From contig NC_043006.1 of NCBI RefSeq assembly GCF_006345805.1, positions 70,990,001 through 71,054,000 of the forward strand: DNA of 64,000 bases. Direction: 5' to 3'. The notes below the pieces were generated by a model. The model made no database searches. It saw only the letters and a list, made by a program, of their open reading frames with translations, and had not been told where the DNA came from. Origin of the DNA: Octopus sinensis. Its lineage: Eukaryota. Positions 25,401 to 40,186 of this stretch are shown here, piece by piece. Numbering within the stretch: position 1 is the stretch's first letter; every line of letters starts with the position of its first letter. The position numbers and the translations under genes are program-made.

Positions 25401-28400
25401 GTTTGGTAATTAAAATAAGAAATTAAAAACTAATGGATTCATTTGATAACAGTGAGATTATTCAAAGGCTGGCTGTAGAAATTATAAAATGAAATCAGTA
25501 ATTAAAATATGTGTAATTTTATATGTGAAAATATTTGAGGGTTCAGTGAAGTAATTAAGGTTTAATCAAAAATTAAAATAGAGTTAATTTGATGTTATAT
25601 ATTGATATGTAGACTGGTTTCGTTCAGCTAATGGAAATGGAGGAGGAACAGTAAGGTAGATGTATGCATCTTAATACTAAAACAGTAAGATTTAGTGCTT
25701 ATTGAAATAAAGAGAAATGAATTTTATATGTTTAGGGTTCTTCTCCCTTCTTCATTTTAAGATCTACAATAGAATTTCTTTTTATGACTTGATTAATGTG
25801 TCTATGAGTAGGGAGCAAAACTGATAGAAAGACTAGAAGTTATCCTCAGTCTTGACTCCTAGCCCAAATAATTGCAACCAAACAGACTCTGCTAAAAGCA
25901 TGTACAGTGGCATTAAGCTAAGAGATAGATTAACCACCTCACAAAATGGGTGGTTGCAACCATTGGTGGTGGTGGTGGTGGTAGTGATGGCTGTTGTGGT
26001 GGTGTTTAAGCCTAAGCGCAAACCTGATCCAGAAACATGATCAAAGATGTTCCAGTTATGACCATAATGTTTTATTTTTTAAAAATCAATGAGTTCATTA
26101 CCAAATATCCTAAATGATACTTTCCACTTCATAGTCGAGTGGTCAACAGAAAGAAGGAAGCTAATATCCATCCAAACGGAAAAACAATTGCTCCAACAAA
26201 TGAAACAAGTAAACAAGGGAATATTAAACAATAAGGAAACAAAAAGATAAAAAAACTTCAGTGAAGCTACGGGTTGATCCCTGCAACTTACTTTTTTGGC
26301 AATCACTAATTTCTGACAGGGGTTACAATAGTACTTGTTGTTTCCATCCATGGTCTCTAGTTCACAGTACAATGTAGAAAGGGCTTGTTCCAAACTGCTG
26401 GAGTCTTTAGATACACTCAATGGAATATCTACAAAGTCTTCCTATAGACAGAGACAGAATTTTTAATAGCACATTCAATATATTTCATTCATGGCAATAT
26501 ATTATAGAGCAGAATAGTAGTTAGAGGCGGTGATGGCATGGATAGAGATTGTAGTAGTATTAACAAGTATATTAATGGTGGTATATGATGACAGTGGCGG
26601 TGGTGGAGGTGATGGAGAGATATTAGAAGTGGCAGGTGATGATTGAGAAATATTGATGGAAGACAAGTGTTAACAAAAGATATGTGTTAATAGAAAAGAC
26701 ATTTGCAAGGTTCATAATCACAGAACAGTCAGTATGATGTCATTGACAGAGTAAAATTTTATGTCAATATGATGTCAACATGAGAATAATCATTGACAGA
26801 ACAGTTTTATGTTTGTATGACATCACTGATAGGGAAAAGGCTTTTGTCAATATAACGTCATTGATACGGAACAGGCTTTTGTCAATATGACGTCATTGAT
26901 AGGGAACAGTCTTTTGTCAATATGACGTCATTGATAGGGAACAGTCTTTTGGCAATATGACATTGACAGGAGAGTCTTATGGCAATATGACATTGGCAGG
27001 AGCCTTATGGCAGTATGACGTTATTGACAGGAGAGACTTATGGCAATATGACGTCATTGACAGGAGAGACTTATGGCAATATGACGTCAGTGACAGGAGA
27101 CTCTTGTGGCAATATGACGTCATTGACAGGAGACTCTTATGGCAATATTATGTCATTGGCAGGAGACTCTTATGACAATATTATATCACTGATGGGAGAC
27201 TCTTATGGCAATATGATGTCACTGACGGGAGACTCTTATGGCAATATGATGTCACTGACAGGGAAGTCTTATGACAATGTGACGTCATTGACAGGAGACT
27301 CTTATGCCAGTATGACATCACTGACAAAAGTCATATCAATATGTCACTGATAGAGAAGTCATGTCAATATGACGTCATCGATAGAGAAGTCTTATGGCAA
27401 TGTTACATCATCGATAGAGTGGTCTTGTGTCAATGTTACGTCATCGATAGGGGAGTCTTGTGTCAATGTTACGTCATTGATAGAGGAATCCTATGTCAAT
27501 GTTACATCATTGTGTCAATGTTACATCATCAATGGAGGTGTTTTGTGTCAATGTTACGTCATCGATAGAGGAGTCTTGTGTCAATGTTACGTCATCAATA
27601 GAGGAGTCTTATGTCAATGCTGCTTCATCGATGGAGGAGTCTTGTCAATGCTACATCATCGACAGAAGTCTTATGTCAATGTTACGTCATCAATAGAAAA
27701 GTCTTATGTCAATATGACGTCACCGATAGAAAAGTCTTATGTCAATATGACGTCATCGATAGAAAAGTCTTATGTCAATATGACGTCATTGATAGAAAAG
27801 TCTTATGTCAATATGACGTCATCGATAGAAAAGACTTATGTCAATATGACATCATCGATAGAAAAGTTATGTAAATATGATGTCATCAATAGAAAAGTCT
27901 TGTCAATATGACGTCATCGATAGACAGGTCCTATGCCAATATGACATCATTCATAGACAGGTCTTATGTCAATATGACATCATTGATAGACAGGTCTTAC
28001 ATCAATGATGTCATTGATAGACAAGTCTTATGTCAATATGACGTCACTGACATACAAGCCTTATGTCAATATGGCGTCATTGACAGACAAGCCTTATGCC
28101 AACATGGCGTCATTGACAGGCAAATCTTATGCCAATATGATATTGGCAGGCAAGTTTTACGTCAATATGACATCATTGACAGACAAGTCTTATGTCAATA
28201 TCACATCATTGATAGACCAGTCTTACGCCAATGACATCATTGATAGAGAAGTCCTATGTCAATATGATATCATTGATAGAGAAGTCTTGTCTGCATGATA
28301 TCAATACGAGAGCAGTCTAATGTTAGTTTGATGTTATTACCATTCACCTTGTTTAATGCTATAATGTACAATGATACACCAAAATATTTGACTTACTTGT

Positions 28401-31400
28401 CGTTCACTGATGTTACTGCATTCAGAACAGATGATCTGATAAAAAAAGAAAGAAAAGCATCAAAATATGTTCTTAGTGAGAATAGTGAACATTTATTTGC
28501 ACATTAAAAACAGAAATGTCAACAGTATAACTCCAAGATCAGGAAGATCATGTTTGTAGTGCCTATCATTTGTCACGGTAACTAAACACAACTGGTCAGG
28601 AGACAAAATGGAAATCTAAATTATAAATTCATTAGTTTCTTGTTACTATGTTTATGAAAACACCAGCTTTATTAGATAATTGTTAAAAAAATGACCAACA
28701 TTCTTTGGCATATTTGTACTCTCCAATTTATTTCAGATATTTTCCCCACCACATTTTACAACTATATATATATATATATATGTATCCCAGTTTTACAATC
28801 ATGAGCAGTGATTCAGAATTTAGAAGATATTTTGAGATAAAAAGAAAAATCAAGTGAAATATGCCACTGTGTAATGAAGAATCAGATATTCTGATATCCA
28901 ATAGTAAAAGCAGTAACTACAATAACAGCCCCAATTACGAAAGTGATGAGTTTATTAGAAACAGACTAGAGTACAGATCTAAAAAGTGACTTTAAATAAG
29001 ATTTTTCAGAAGAGATGAGAGAAGATGAGAAGACACGAGATCCAATTGCAGTCTTTCCAAGAAGTCAAAAGCAACTATTATTTTTATCCTTTTGAAATAA
29101 TAATTGTAGAAAAAGAATACAAACAAAGGGAGAGAGAAGATAATTTGTGGCCTCCTACAGGCCAAGAGGAAATTGTAGCATATTTTATCATAAACAATTA
29201 TTATGGGCATTGGAATGCAGCTCAGGATTACAAACTACATGAGTATAGAGGAACTTTTCAAAGAGCAGTATGCTTCTAGCATTATAACCAAAACAAGATT
29301 TTTAAAGCTATCTCAGTATTTGCATATTTGAAACACAAGAAGTACACCAGTACATGAGGAAGAAGATTACGATTCCTTATATAAAATAAGGCCCCCTCCC
29401 CAATAACATTCAAAGAACATTTAAGAACTATTACAAAGCAGGGAGATGATCTATTATGAAGTGATGAAGGTATGATGAGATTATAAGGGCTAGCACTTTT
29501 ACGGCAATATATGCCAGGCAAACCCACATAACAAGGGATCAAAGTCTAGAAAATTTTTAAAGCGAGTACTGGACATTGTTGTGGATTTAATTTTCAAACA
29601 GGAGAAAAAGAGATAACAGCATAAGCTTGCATAGTCTAGAGTATGATGTGGTCTGGAAAGTATCACTTCTATGCCATAACCAAAGCTGTATATTATTTTT
29701 TCACCAGTTTTTCTTTACCTGTTGGACCAAAATTGGTCCAACAATGATTGCAAGTAGAAAAGGGCTGCTGCCAGGTATAAAAAAAAAAACAAAATCCAAT
29801 GATAGGAAGGAAATTTGCCAGTGACTATATACAGAGATAAGAGATAAGTAAATTTTTTTATCCACTTGTGTTCAACTATATTGCGGATTAAAATGGTATA
29901 CCATCTTGATCCTCAATTACAACAGTTATATGGGAAGTGTTGATCAAATGAATGAAATGTTGAGCTATTACCCAATTGCCAGACCAGGATAAGTGAAAGT
30001 GGTATCTGGTTTGGTTTATAGCAGATATGATTATTGTGACTGTGTTTTCACTATGTACCAAATCAAAAGTGATGTGACCATTTGCAATTCCAAGCAGATG
30101 TAGCAGGCTATTCATCAAGAAAAATAACTGTTGAAAGACAAAACCAACCAGAGAGATACCCCTTTGAATTCAGTCCATCTCCATAAAATAGAAAAAATTA
30201 ATGGTCACAAAAAAACCCCCAGTTCCATGAAGCTCTGAGTGGATGGTCAATTCAGGAATCTTAACAAGTTTCCACCACAGAAATATTGCATAATTTGTGT
30301 GTGTGTGTGTGTGTGTAGATATATATACATATATATTGTATTTAGGAGATGGTCATGTTGCCAGTTTAGCCAATTGACATAAAACACTTTGAGTACACTG
30401 TCAAGTGGTTGGCATTGGGAAGGGCATCCAGGCATAGAAACCATACCAAAACAGGAAAATTGGAGTCTGGTGCAGCTCTCCAGTTTGTCAGTGCCTGTCA
30501 AACTGTCCAATCCATGCCAGCATGGAAAACGGGCCTTAAATGATGATGATTTTATTTACTTGTGAGGTGAATGACAACTTTTGCTTAATTTATATTTGTG
30601 AATCATTTTTGGATGTTTGTATGAATTTGTGTGTGTGTACATCTGAATATTTCCTTATATTATGTGTGTGTGTGAATTTATTTCATTTTGTTGTTATGTG
30701 TGAATTTATTTCATTTTATAGTTTCCTTCTGACCTAAATTCCAGTCTTCTTTGTTCTATTTTTATCTTTATAGTACACCAGTTTTACATGCTTTCTACTA
30801 AAATGTTCTAATATACCCAGCTGAGTATTAGCTAATGACTCATTTTCTATGGTAATCATCATGGCATGGGTTGGACAGTTTGACAGGTACTGGCCAGGTA
30901 GAAAACTACACAGCAAGCTACTGCATTTGTTTTGGCATGTTTTTTACGGCTAGATGCTCTTACTAGCACCAACCAATTTTGCCCTTCCTAACACCAAAAT
31001 TTTAATGATTTTACATTTTACTGAACTTACCTGCATTTACCTGTAATTAGATTCATTTTGAGAGAAAAATTACATACTAGCTTTAAGAACCATTTGTTAA
31101 AATTGTTCAAAAAAAAAAAAAAAACTCCTAAGTCATTAAATAAAACAGGTCATAGTTGTTTTATGAAATCCATCTCAATTCAAGTTTATTTTAGAATTTA
31201 ATTGAATTTTAAAATTAATTAATTGGAGGTGTAATTTAGTTATAAATATAGTGATAAAAGGGTTAAATAGAATACAGAGTAAGAGAATGTGGACAAGGTG
31301 ATTGTATAATGGTTTCAAATTCTGGCACAAAGCCAGCAATTTTAGAAGAGTAAGTCAATTACATTAACTCCAGGGCTCAATTGGTACTTATTAAAAAGCT

Positions 31401-34400
31401 GACTGGGGGACAGGCACAAAGACACACACAAATTTTTATATCATCATCATCATCGTTTAATGTTCGCTTTCCATGCTAGCATGGGTTGGACAGTTCAACT
31501 GGGGTCTAGGAAGCCAGAAGGCAGCACCAGGCCCAGTCTGATCTGGCAGTGTTTCTACGGCTGGATGCCCTTCCTAACGCCAACCACTCTGTGAGTGTAG
31601 TGGGTGCTTTTTACGTGCCACCAGCATAGGTGCCAGACGAGGCTGGCAAACAGCCACGATCGGATGGTGCTTTTTACGTGTCACTGGCACGGAGGCCAGG
31701 CGAGGCTGGCAACAGCCACGATCGGATGGTGCTTTTTACGTGCCACCGGCACGGAGGCCAGTCGGGGCAGTGCTGGCAATGACCACTAGCTTAAAAGCCA
31801 CCCTTTCTGGTGGCTTTTAAACTAGCTCCTGTGGAGGGCTCTTTATTGGGCCTTGAGTCCAATAATGATACTTCATACATTGAGTACATATTAAATTTTA
31901 TTAAACTTTAATATTTTTCAAATAATGAACAATTTTCATCAAAACAATGATATAATATGATAAAAAACATTTTTTGTCTTCCCATTAAGGGGGTCAATAC
32001 AATTTTTTTTTCTGTCTAACCTCTTTCTCTCTCTCTCTTAACTGTTTTCAACCATCACAACTGCTATACACACACCATTCAGACTTTTGACACCACCACC
32101 AACACCTTTGACTTCGCCACCACCATCACAACTACAGCTCATACTATTACTATCATCCCAGCAAGAGGAGTAGAAGTGTCACTGAATAGTGAGGGAGGGG
32201 GGGTCAATGTGTGACACACTGACACACAGAAAGTTTTGGCATTTATTATTATTATTTTATATACACACACACACACATGATAGGCTTCTTTCAGTTTCCA
32301 TCTACCAAATCCACTCAAGCCTTTGGTTGGCCTGAGGGTAAAATAGAATACACTCACCCATTTTTTTTTTTTTGCTTAAATAATTTATCTGATCCATTAA
32401 CCATCTAAACTCTATCCCTCTGTAACTCTACCATATCAGGTATCCTAGCGCTGTTGAGAAAAAAAAAAAACTGGTACTCTGTCGGTTATGATGATGAGGG
32501 TTTCAATGGAACAGCCTGATCATGAAGTTAACATGTACTCCACGTACCCTTAATGTAGTTCTCAGTGAGATTCAGTGAGGCAGAGAATGTGACAAGGCTG
32601 GCCTTTTAAAATACAGGTAAAACTTATTTTTGCTAGCTGAGTAGACTGGAGGAATGTGAAATAAAGTGTCTTGCTCAAGAACACAACATGCTACTGGGTA
32701 TCGAACTCACAACCTCACAATCATGAGCCAAATGCCTTAACCACTAAGCCACATACCCTCCCTATCCTGGTCCTGTTACGGAGGAGACTGAGACTAACAA
32801 ACCAGAGATCAGAACTAAATGATTACAATAAAGGAGGAGAAATTATGAGGGAGGCAAGAGTGGCTAGTGGCGAATGGGGGAGGAGAAGGTATGAAGAAGA
32901 AAGAGAGGGAATTCAGAGTAGAGTTGAGGAAAAAGGAATTTCTTACTTTGTTGACAACTTGCCCATGGTAGAGTTTGTGGATAAGATTTTGGCCAGAAGT
33001 ACCAACCAAAGAGTCTTCAATAGCACTGAACAGAATACGGTTAAGTTCCTGGACATCATGTTGCTGCATTTCCTGTGTAAACAAACAAAAACACATTCAG
33101 TGACCTGGCAATGTATAACATAATAATCAAGGACTGGGGCCGAATGTTGACCTCATGCCAAAAATCAGAAAAAAATTATTACTATTTTTATTATTTAGGC
33201 ACAAAGGAATAGGCACGGCTGATTAAGTTAACCCCAGTATTTGACCCCAGAATTATGGAAAACAAAGTTGACTTTAGTGGGATTTGGAAAAGGCATTTTG
33301 TTTGATGCTCTACCAATTCTATCATCCACTATCATTTAACACACACAGAGTATTTACTCAAGTACAATATGATCTTAAATAATATGACTAAACTGTCAGA
33401 CCCATCAAAGAGATACTACAGTCATTAGGCCCTATCAAATATAAAAGAACAGGTACAGTGATTTAACTCTAGTACTGCTTTGTGTAAACCAGTGGCCCTC
33501 AACTGGGGTCCGTATGACCCTTGGGGGAGTCCATATAAGATTTGGTCATTAAAATGTATGTGCAATAAAACAGTTATAATTCTACAATACACAAGATATT
33601 GTTGACTGAGTAAATAGACAAAGTGCATAGATCAGCAATCTTTAATCAGGGTCCGTATGGCTCCTGGAGGTCTATATAAGAATTTGTTGCTAAAATTTAT
33701 GTGCAATAAACTGGTTATAGTTCTACAATACACAAAATATTAAATTTTTTTTAATACCATTCCTAATATTCATTTTGTTTTTGTATTTGGTTTGCAAGAT
33801 TCTTTATGTGAATTCATGAGTTAAAGCATATTTCATTGTCTGGGGAGAGTCATTCTCTCTTAGTGCCTCATTACTTAACACACTTACTCACTGGTTCGAT
33901 TTCCACTCATTTTTTTCTATTTTCTTGTCCTTTTTTTATTGTTTCTTAAAACATCAGATGCTATGGGGAACCAATAGAGTAAAATAAGAATCAAAAGGGT
34001 CCCTAGGTGAAAAACAGTTGGGAACCAATGGTGTAAACATTCAGCCCCCCCCCCCATACAATCATCAACTCCCATTTGCCCCCATCAAAAACACAACAAT
34101 TAGGTGCAGTGATCTTACCTCGTTGTTTGTCCATCCAAAACTTTCAGTCAGTTCCACTGTAGAGATACTGCGAAGATCTGCAAATAGCAGCTGGGTGAAG
34201 AGACGCTGTAGTTGCAGAGGAATAACACGAACCTGAGTTAAAAAAGAACAAGTTGATGGTTAGAGAGACTATTTAACCAGGGTCACTAATGAAAGGTCAG
34301 CTCTGTGCTCTAAACATTTAGTTCTGATACCATCTTACAGTACATCTCTTTCACTTCGTTATTAGTAATGTTAATTAACCCCAGGTTGATTACAATCAAA

Positions 34401-35851
34401 CAAACTTTCTAGCCATGACCATAGGCGCAGGAGTGGCTGTGTGGGAAGTAGCTTGCTTACCAACCACATGGTTCCGGGTCACCTTGGGCAAGTGTCTTCT
34501 CCTATAGCCTCGGGCTGACCAAAGCCTTGTGAGTGGATTTGGTAGACGGAAACTGAAAGAAACCTGTCGTGTATATGTGTGTTTGTGTTTGTCCCCCCAA
34601 CATCACTTGACAACCGATACTGGTGTGTTTACGTCCCTGTAACTTAGCGGTTCAGCAAAAGAGACCGATAGAATAAGTACTAGGCTTACAAAGAATAAGT
34701 CCTGGGGTCAATTTGCTCGAGTAAAGGTGGTGCTCCAGCATGGCCACAGTCAAATGATCGAAACAAGTAAAAGAGTAAAGAGAGTATGACCATCCCATCT
34801 TTTATATATCCAAGACTACAATGTTAAATACATAACCTTTGTAAGAGAGTAGGATGGGATTTGGGGGAAAAGCATCATCATCGTTTAACGTATGCTTTCC
34901 ATGCTGGCATGGGTTGGACAGTTTGACAGAACCGGGCAGGTAAAAGTCTACACCAAGCTATTGTGTTTGTTTTGGAATGGTTTTTACAACTAGATGCCCT
35001 TACCTAACACCAATCACCCTACAGAGTGGACTGAGTGCTTTTTATGTGGCACCAGCACAGGTGAGGTCAGTTTTAGCATGGTTTTTACAGCTAAATGCCC
35101 TTCCAAATGCCAACGACCTCACAGTGTAGACTGGATGCTTTTTACATGGCACCAGCAGGGTCACCAAGTAACTTGCAAGACAAGGAATTCTGAGAGGGGA
35201 GGGGGCATTGGAGGTTGTTAGCTTACACTAAAAGAGGTACATTTACAGTGGGTAGGCTTTAAAATGTCATTGGCTCCTAATTCCCAAGTGGTTTAGGAGC
35301 TGGTCATTAGCTACAAGGTTAAATAAATGTCAGAGAAATATTCCTCTGGATAAGACACTGGTACCATACACAAGAGAAGACAGTCTTTCACAGGTAACAT
35401 TTGAATTAAATTTGGTGCTAATCCTCCTAATATGTGAGGTAATGAGATATACAAGAAAAGGCATAAATAATGGGCTTTACATATTTCTTTATTTGTACAT
35501 CTCAGACTTGCAGCTGTTTCTGATATATATTATAGGTGCATTGAACAACCTTAAGAAATACAATCATCTTCAGAGTCCACACACACTTGTCTTTCTTTTT
35601 ACTTGTTTCAGTCATTAGACTGCGGCCATGCTGGGGCACCAACTTGATGAATTTTTAGTCAAATGAATTAACCCCCATTATTTCTTTTTCAAGCCAGGTG
35701 CTTATTCTATCGGTCTCTTTTGCCAAGAACCTAAGTTACTGGGATGCAAACACACTAACACTGGTTGTCAAGCAGTGGTGGGGAGACAAAGACACACACA
35801 TACACACATAGTCCGGCCCATGCCTTCATGGACAATGGACGTTAAATGATG

Positions 35852-35882
<31 letters not shown>

Positions 35883-36301
35883 GTGAAACAGAAAGATGAA
35901 TAATCTTGTAGTAGATTAATCAAAAGTTTAACCGATACCTTAGTAGCAAAAATCACAGCAGTAAACAGCACGGTTGGAGGTACAACCATCTGGCGTTGCA
36001 ACGTGCGTTGGTGCGGATAATTGAAATTAAAACATTATTGGTGAATTGAAGAAATGAGCTGAACGCAGATTGAACAGAAATCGTTTTATTTCATTCTACA
36101 GTGTTTCGAAAGGCACAAATTACCAAAATCCGATTGAATAATGGGACCATATTGTGTCTTTCTCTTCAGGAAGAAAAAGACACAATATGGTCCCATTATT
36201 CAATCGGATTTTGGTAATTTGTGCCTTTCGAAACACGTGTAGAATGAAATAAAACGATTTCTGTTCAATCTGCGTTCAGCTCCATTTCTTCAATTACCAA
36301 T

Positions 36302-36351
<50 letters not shown>

Positions 36352-39300
36352 CATCATCATCGTCGTTGTTGTTTAACATCCGCTTTCCATGCTGGCATGG
36401 GTTGGACGGTTTGACTGAGGACTGGCAAGCCAAGAGGCTGCACTAGGCCTCAAACTGATCTGGCAAGGTTTCTACAGCTGGATTGCCCTTCCTAATGCCA
36501 ACCAGTCCAAGAGTGTAGTGGGTGCATTTTTTACGTGCCACCGACACGGGAGCCAGTCAGGCGGCACTGGCATCGATCACATTTGGATGGTGATTTTTAC
36601 GTGCCACCAGTCAGGAGTAGGGGGGGGTGACTGGCATTGGCCACGTTTGGATGGTGCTTTTTATGTGTCACCGGCATGGGGAACCAGTCAGGCCACACTG
36701 GCATTGACCCACACATGAATGGTACTTATTACGTGCCACCAGCATGGGTGCCAGTCAGGAAACACTGGCATTGGTCGCAATTACAATTTCTATTTTGGTT
36801 TCCATCTTAATTTTGATAATCCACCAACACCAACGATAATTTTTCTTGCAAACGTCCAAAGCCTATATTCATTTTCTTTCAAGTGGCGGAGGGTACATAT
36901 GAATAAATCACCCGTAGTACTTTGCTGGGATAGATTTTATTAATTCAAGAATAAAGAGCAGCAAAGCTGACCTCGGCAGGATTTCGATAAACAATGCTAA
37001 GAGCTATATAACTAAATACCACAAAGCATTTTTGTTCAATGCTCAAATGATTCTGTCACTCCAACATCAAACAGTAACAACAAAAATAACAATGTGAGGA
37101 TTGGATGAAGAAATGAGAAAACAAAAGGTATAAGATCCATAAATTTTCTCAGAACTCTTTACAGCTCAAAATTACTGAGTTAAATAATGCCTTTCACGTG
37201 GTGCCAGTAGATCTTCTGTAACTACTGAGACCGATAGAAATGTTCCACAGCTGTAGTTCTACTGAAAAGAACTGGGGAGAAGGGGGAGTTGTGTTGAAAC
37301 CAGATTGAATTTGAGGAACAGTTGCTGCTGTTAGACCTTAGCTCTGATTAAAACATTCCAAACATGACCATAGGAGCAGGTATGGCTGTGTCATTAAGAA
37401 ATTCCCTTTGCTACCACATGGTTTCAAGTTCAGTCCCAATACATGGCACCTTAGGCAAGGATCTTCTACTACAGCCCTGAGCTGACCAGAAACTTGTAGA
37501 CAGAAACTGTGTGGAAGCCTGTTGAGTATGTGTGTCCAACCACTGCTTAACAACTGGTGTTTGTTTGTTTCTATCCCCATAACTTGGCACTTCAGCACAG
37601 TGATCAAATAGAATAAGTACCAGACTTCTTAAAATGGAAGGGGAGTGAATTTGCTTGAATAAATCCGGCAAGGCAGTGCCCCAGCATGGCCACAGTCCAA
37701 TGACTGAAGCAAGTAAAAGATAAAAGTCAAACAAATCTTTCCTTTTTAAGATGGAGTGACATGATTTGAAGGAAATTTGACTGCTATTTCTAGAATGTTC
37801 AGCAACTATGTAAGTTGTGGTAGATTTATAGTTCTGCCCCAAGTCAGACCTGATCAAGAACACCTATTATCAAAGGTATAACAATCATGACAATCTCATC
37901 TCTTCTGAAAAATATTAAAAGTCTACATTAGCTAACGAGTTCTTCCCTGTTTACAGATAATAGGTGCAGGTATGACTGTGGTTAAGAAGTTTACTTTGCA
38001 ACCGTGTGGCTTTAGGATTAGTCCCACCACAAGGTACCTGAGATAAATGCCTTCCACTACAAATCCAAGACAACCAATGCCTTGTTAGAGATTTTGGTGG
38101 TATATGGAAACTGTAGGCGCGGGCATGGCTGTGTGGTTAGGGAGCTTGCTTCCTAGCTGTATGGTTTCGGGTTCAGTCCCACTGCGTGGCACTTTGGGTA
38201 GGTGTCTTCTGTTATAGCCCCGAGCCGACCGAAGCTTTGTGATTGAATTCGGCAGGCGGAAGTTACTGCCATGTGTGTATATGTGCGTGTAGGTGCTTGT
38301 GCCTCTCTGAAAGAGAGAGAGGGTAAGAAACCTGGTGTGTAAGTGCATACACACAAATGTGCATAAATGTTGATATTCCATGTGGTCACCACTTGAGTGA
38401 ACATATGGTGGTGAAATTGACATTCCTTCTTAAAATTATCGCCACTAACTATTTTTGAAGATCTCTAGAATAAAAAATAAAAGCCCTTACTTGAAAACAG
38501 GTATGGGTTAGCAACAAACATCCAAGCTATAAAATCCTACTACAAACTAACCCCTCCCTAATTCAAGCCACACCAGCATAGAAGAATGGACAATAAGCGA
38601 AAAATGGAGTATGATTTAAGAAAAATGTGGCAACAATTCCTAACAGGTCAAACAGACATGTAGGATGGTGAGTGTTAGGTCTACCACCCAAACAGAGAAT
38701 GTTTAAAGATACTCAAGGAGCAGATAATAGTGTTAAACTAAGCAGTGGATTAGGACCACAACCAGACAAGGAAACATTTTTTTATATGAAAAAAAAAAAA
38801 GCTTTTATTTTTAATTATTAAATTTTGAGAAAAATGTCTCCACTGTACTATTTAACGTTTAGTAGTACAAATGCAAGGTAAACCAGGGTCACTAGTAAAA
38901 CAAGAGTGGAACTGCAAATATATTGGTGAGTTTACCTTAGCATCAGGGTTATTGCGGTCTGATAGTTTTCCAAGTTCATTTTCACCCAAGCTGAAAAGGC
39001 TCTCTGGAAGAAAGAACGAAACAGAAATATAGTTAGAGACATAACATAATTGTTTTGTGGTAGGAACATAGGAGTTTGTGAGATTCATGTGGTCTTTAAA
39101 CATTATCTGTTTCTTTATTGCCCACAAGGGGCTAAACATAGAGGGGACAAACAAGGACAGACAAACGGATTAAGTCGATTACATCGACCCCAGTGCGTGA
39201 CTGATACTTTTTTTATCAACCCCGAAAGGATGAAAGGCAAAGTCGACCTCGGTGGAATTTGAACTCAGAAAGCAACGACAGACGCAATACCGCTAAGCAT

Positions 39301-40154
39301 TTTGCCCGTGTGCTAACGTTTCTGCCAGCTCGCCGCCTTTAAACATTATGGTCTTTAAACATTATCAATGAGGTTAGTAGGTAGAGATAAAGATAGAAGA
39401 GTGCATGTGTATGTGTGCATATATATATATATAAATATAAAATATATATACACACACATAGATAAAAATGAAGATAGATATGTAAACATACTATTTCATA
39501 TATACATACACAGTTATATAAATACATAACGTACAGATATATTTATTTAAAAGACAGAATAGACGTATGGACAGATGAAGAGAGAATGGAACATAAACAT
39601 TCATAAAGAGCAAATATTTAACCTGAAATTGCAACTGCACCAACATCAAATGAAAGGTATTAACCCACTAGTATACATACAACTTAAAAAAAAAAAAGAA
39701 TAGTTTAGTGTGCAACATCTCCGTCTGGCCTCTACCAGAATAGCCACTAACTCCCCAACATAGATTCACTAAGTAACATATCTAAAAGACTACATGGGCT
39801 GCCAATTTAATTCCAGATCCACACATAACAAAACTTCCACTAATTGTCTCTAAGTCTCTACATGTTAGTTAGGCATATTAGAAACAGACAATCTCCCTCA
39901 AAACACACACTATAGTTTTAAAGTAGGAGACACACATACAGCTAAGATAATGTAGTCACAGATCCATATCTTACACAAATATAGGGTGATCAAGAATAGA
40001 ATATCTGATCACAGAACATAACTAAATATACATTATTTACATTTGACAGATATTTGTCCTCATCTTGTTTGCTGTTAACACGTTTCGGCCAGCCTTCATC
40101 AGGTGTCTTGGAGAAATTTCGACCCTAGGTTCTCATTCCTAAGGTATTTTTTGA

Positions 40155-40186
<32 letters not shown>

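Noticed and set aside
26957-28298. Long periodic ORFs (up to 180 aa, [11 protein letters not shown] repeats) and a CRISPR-like look
   Set aside because: Artefact of a 33-bp unit without stops in some frames; there are no unique spacers, no cas genes, and the context is eukaryotic.
35960-36030. FLYWCH-like [12 protein letters not shown] next to the palindrome
   Set aside because: Short, bounded by stops, and could arise by chance.
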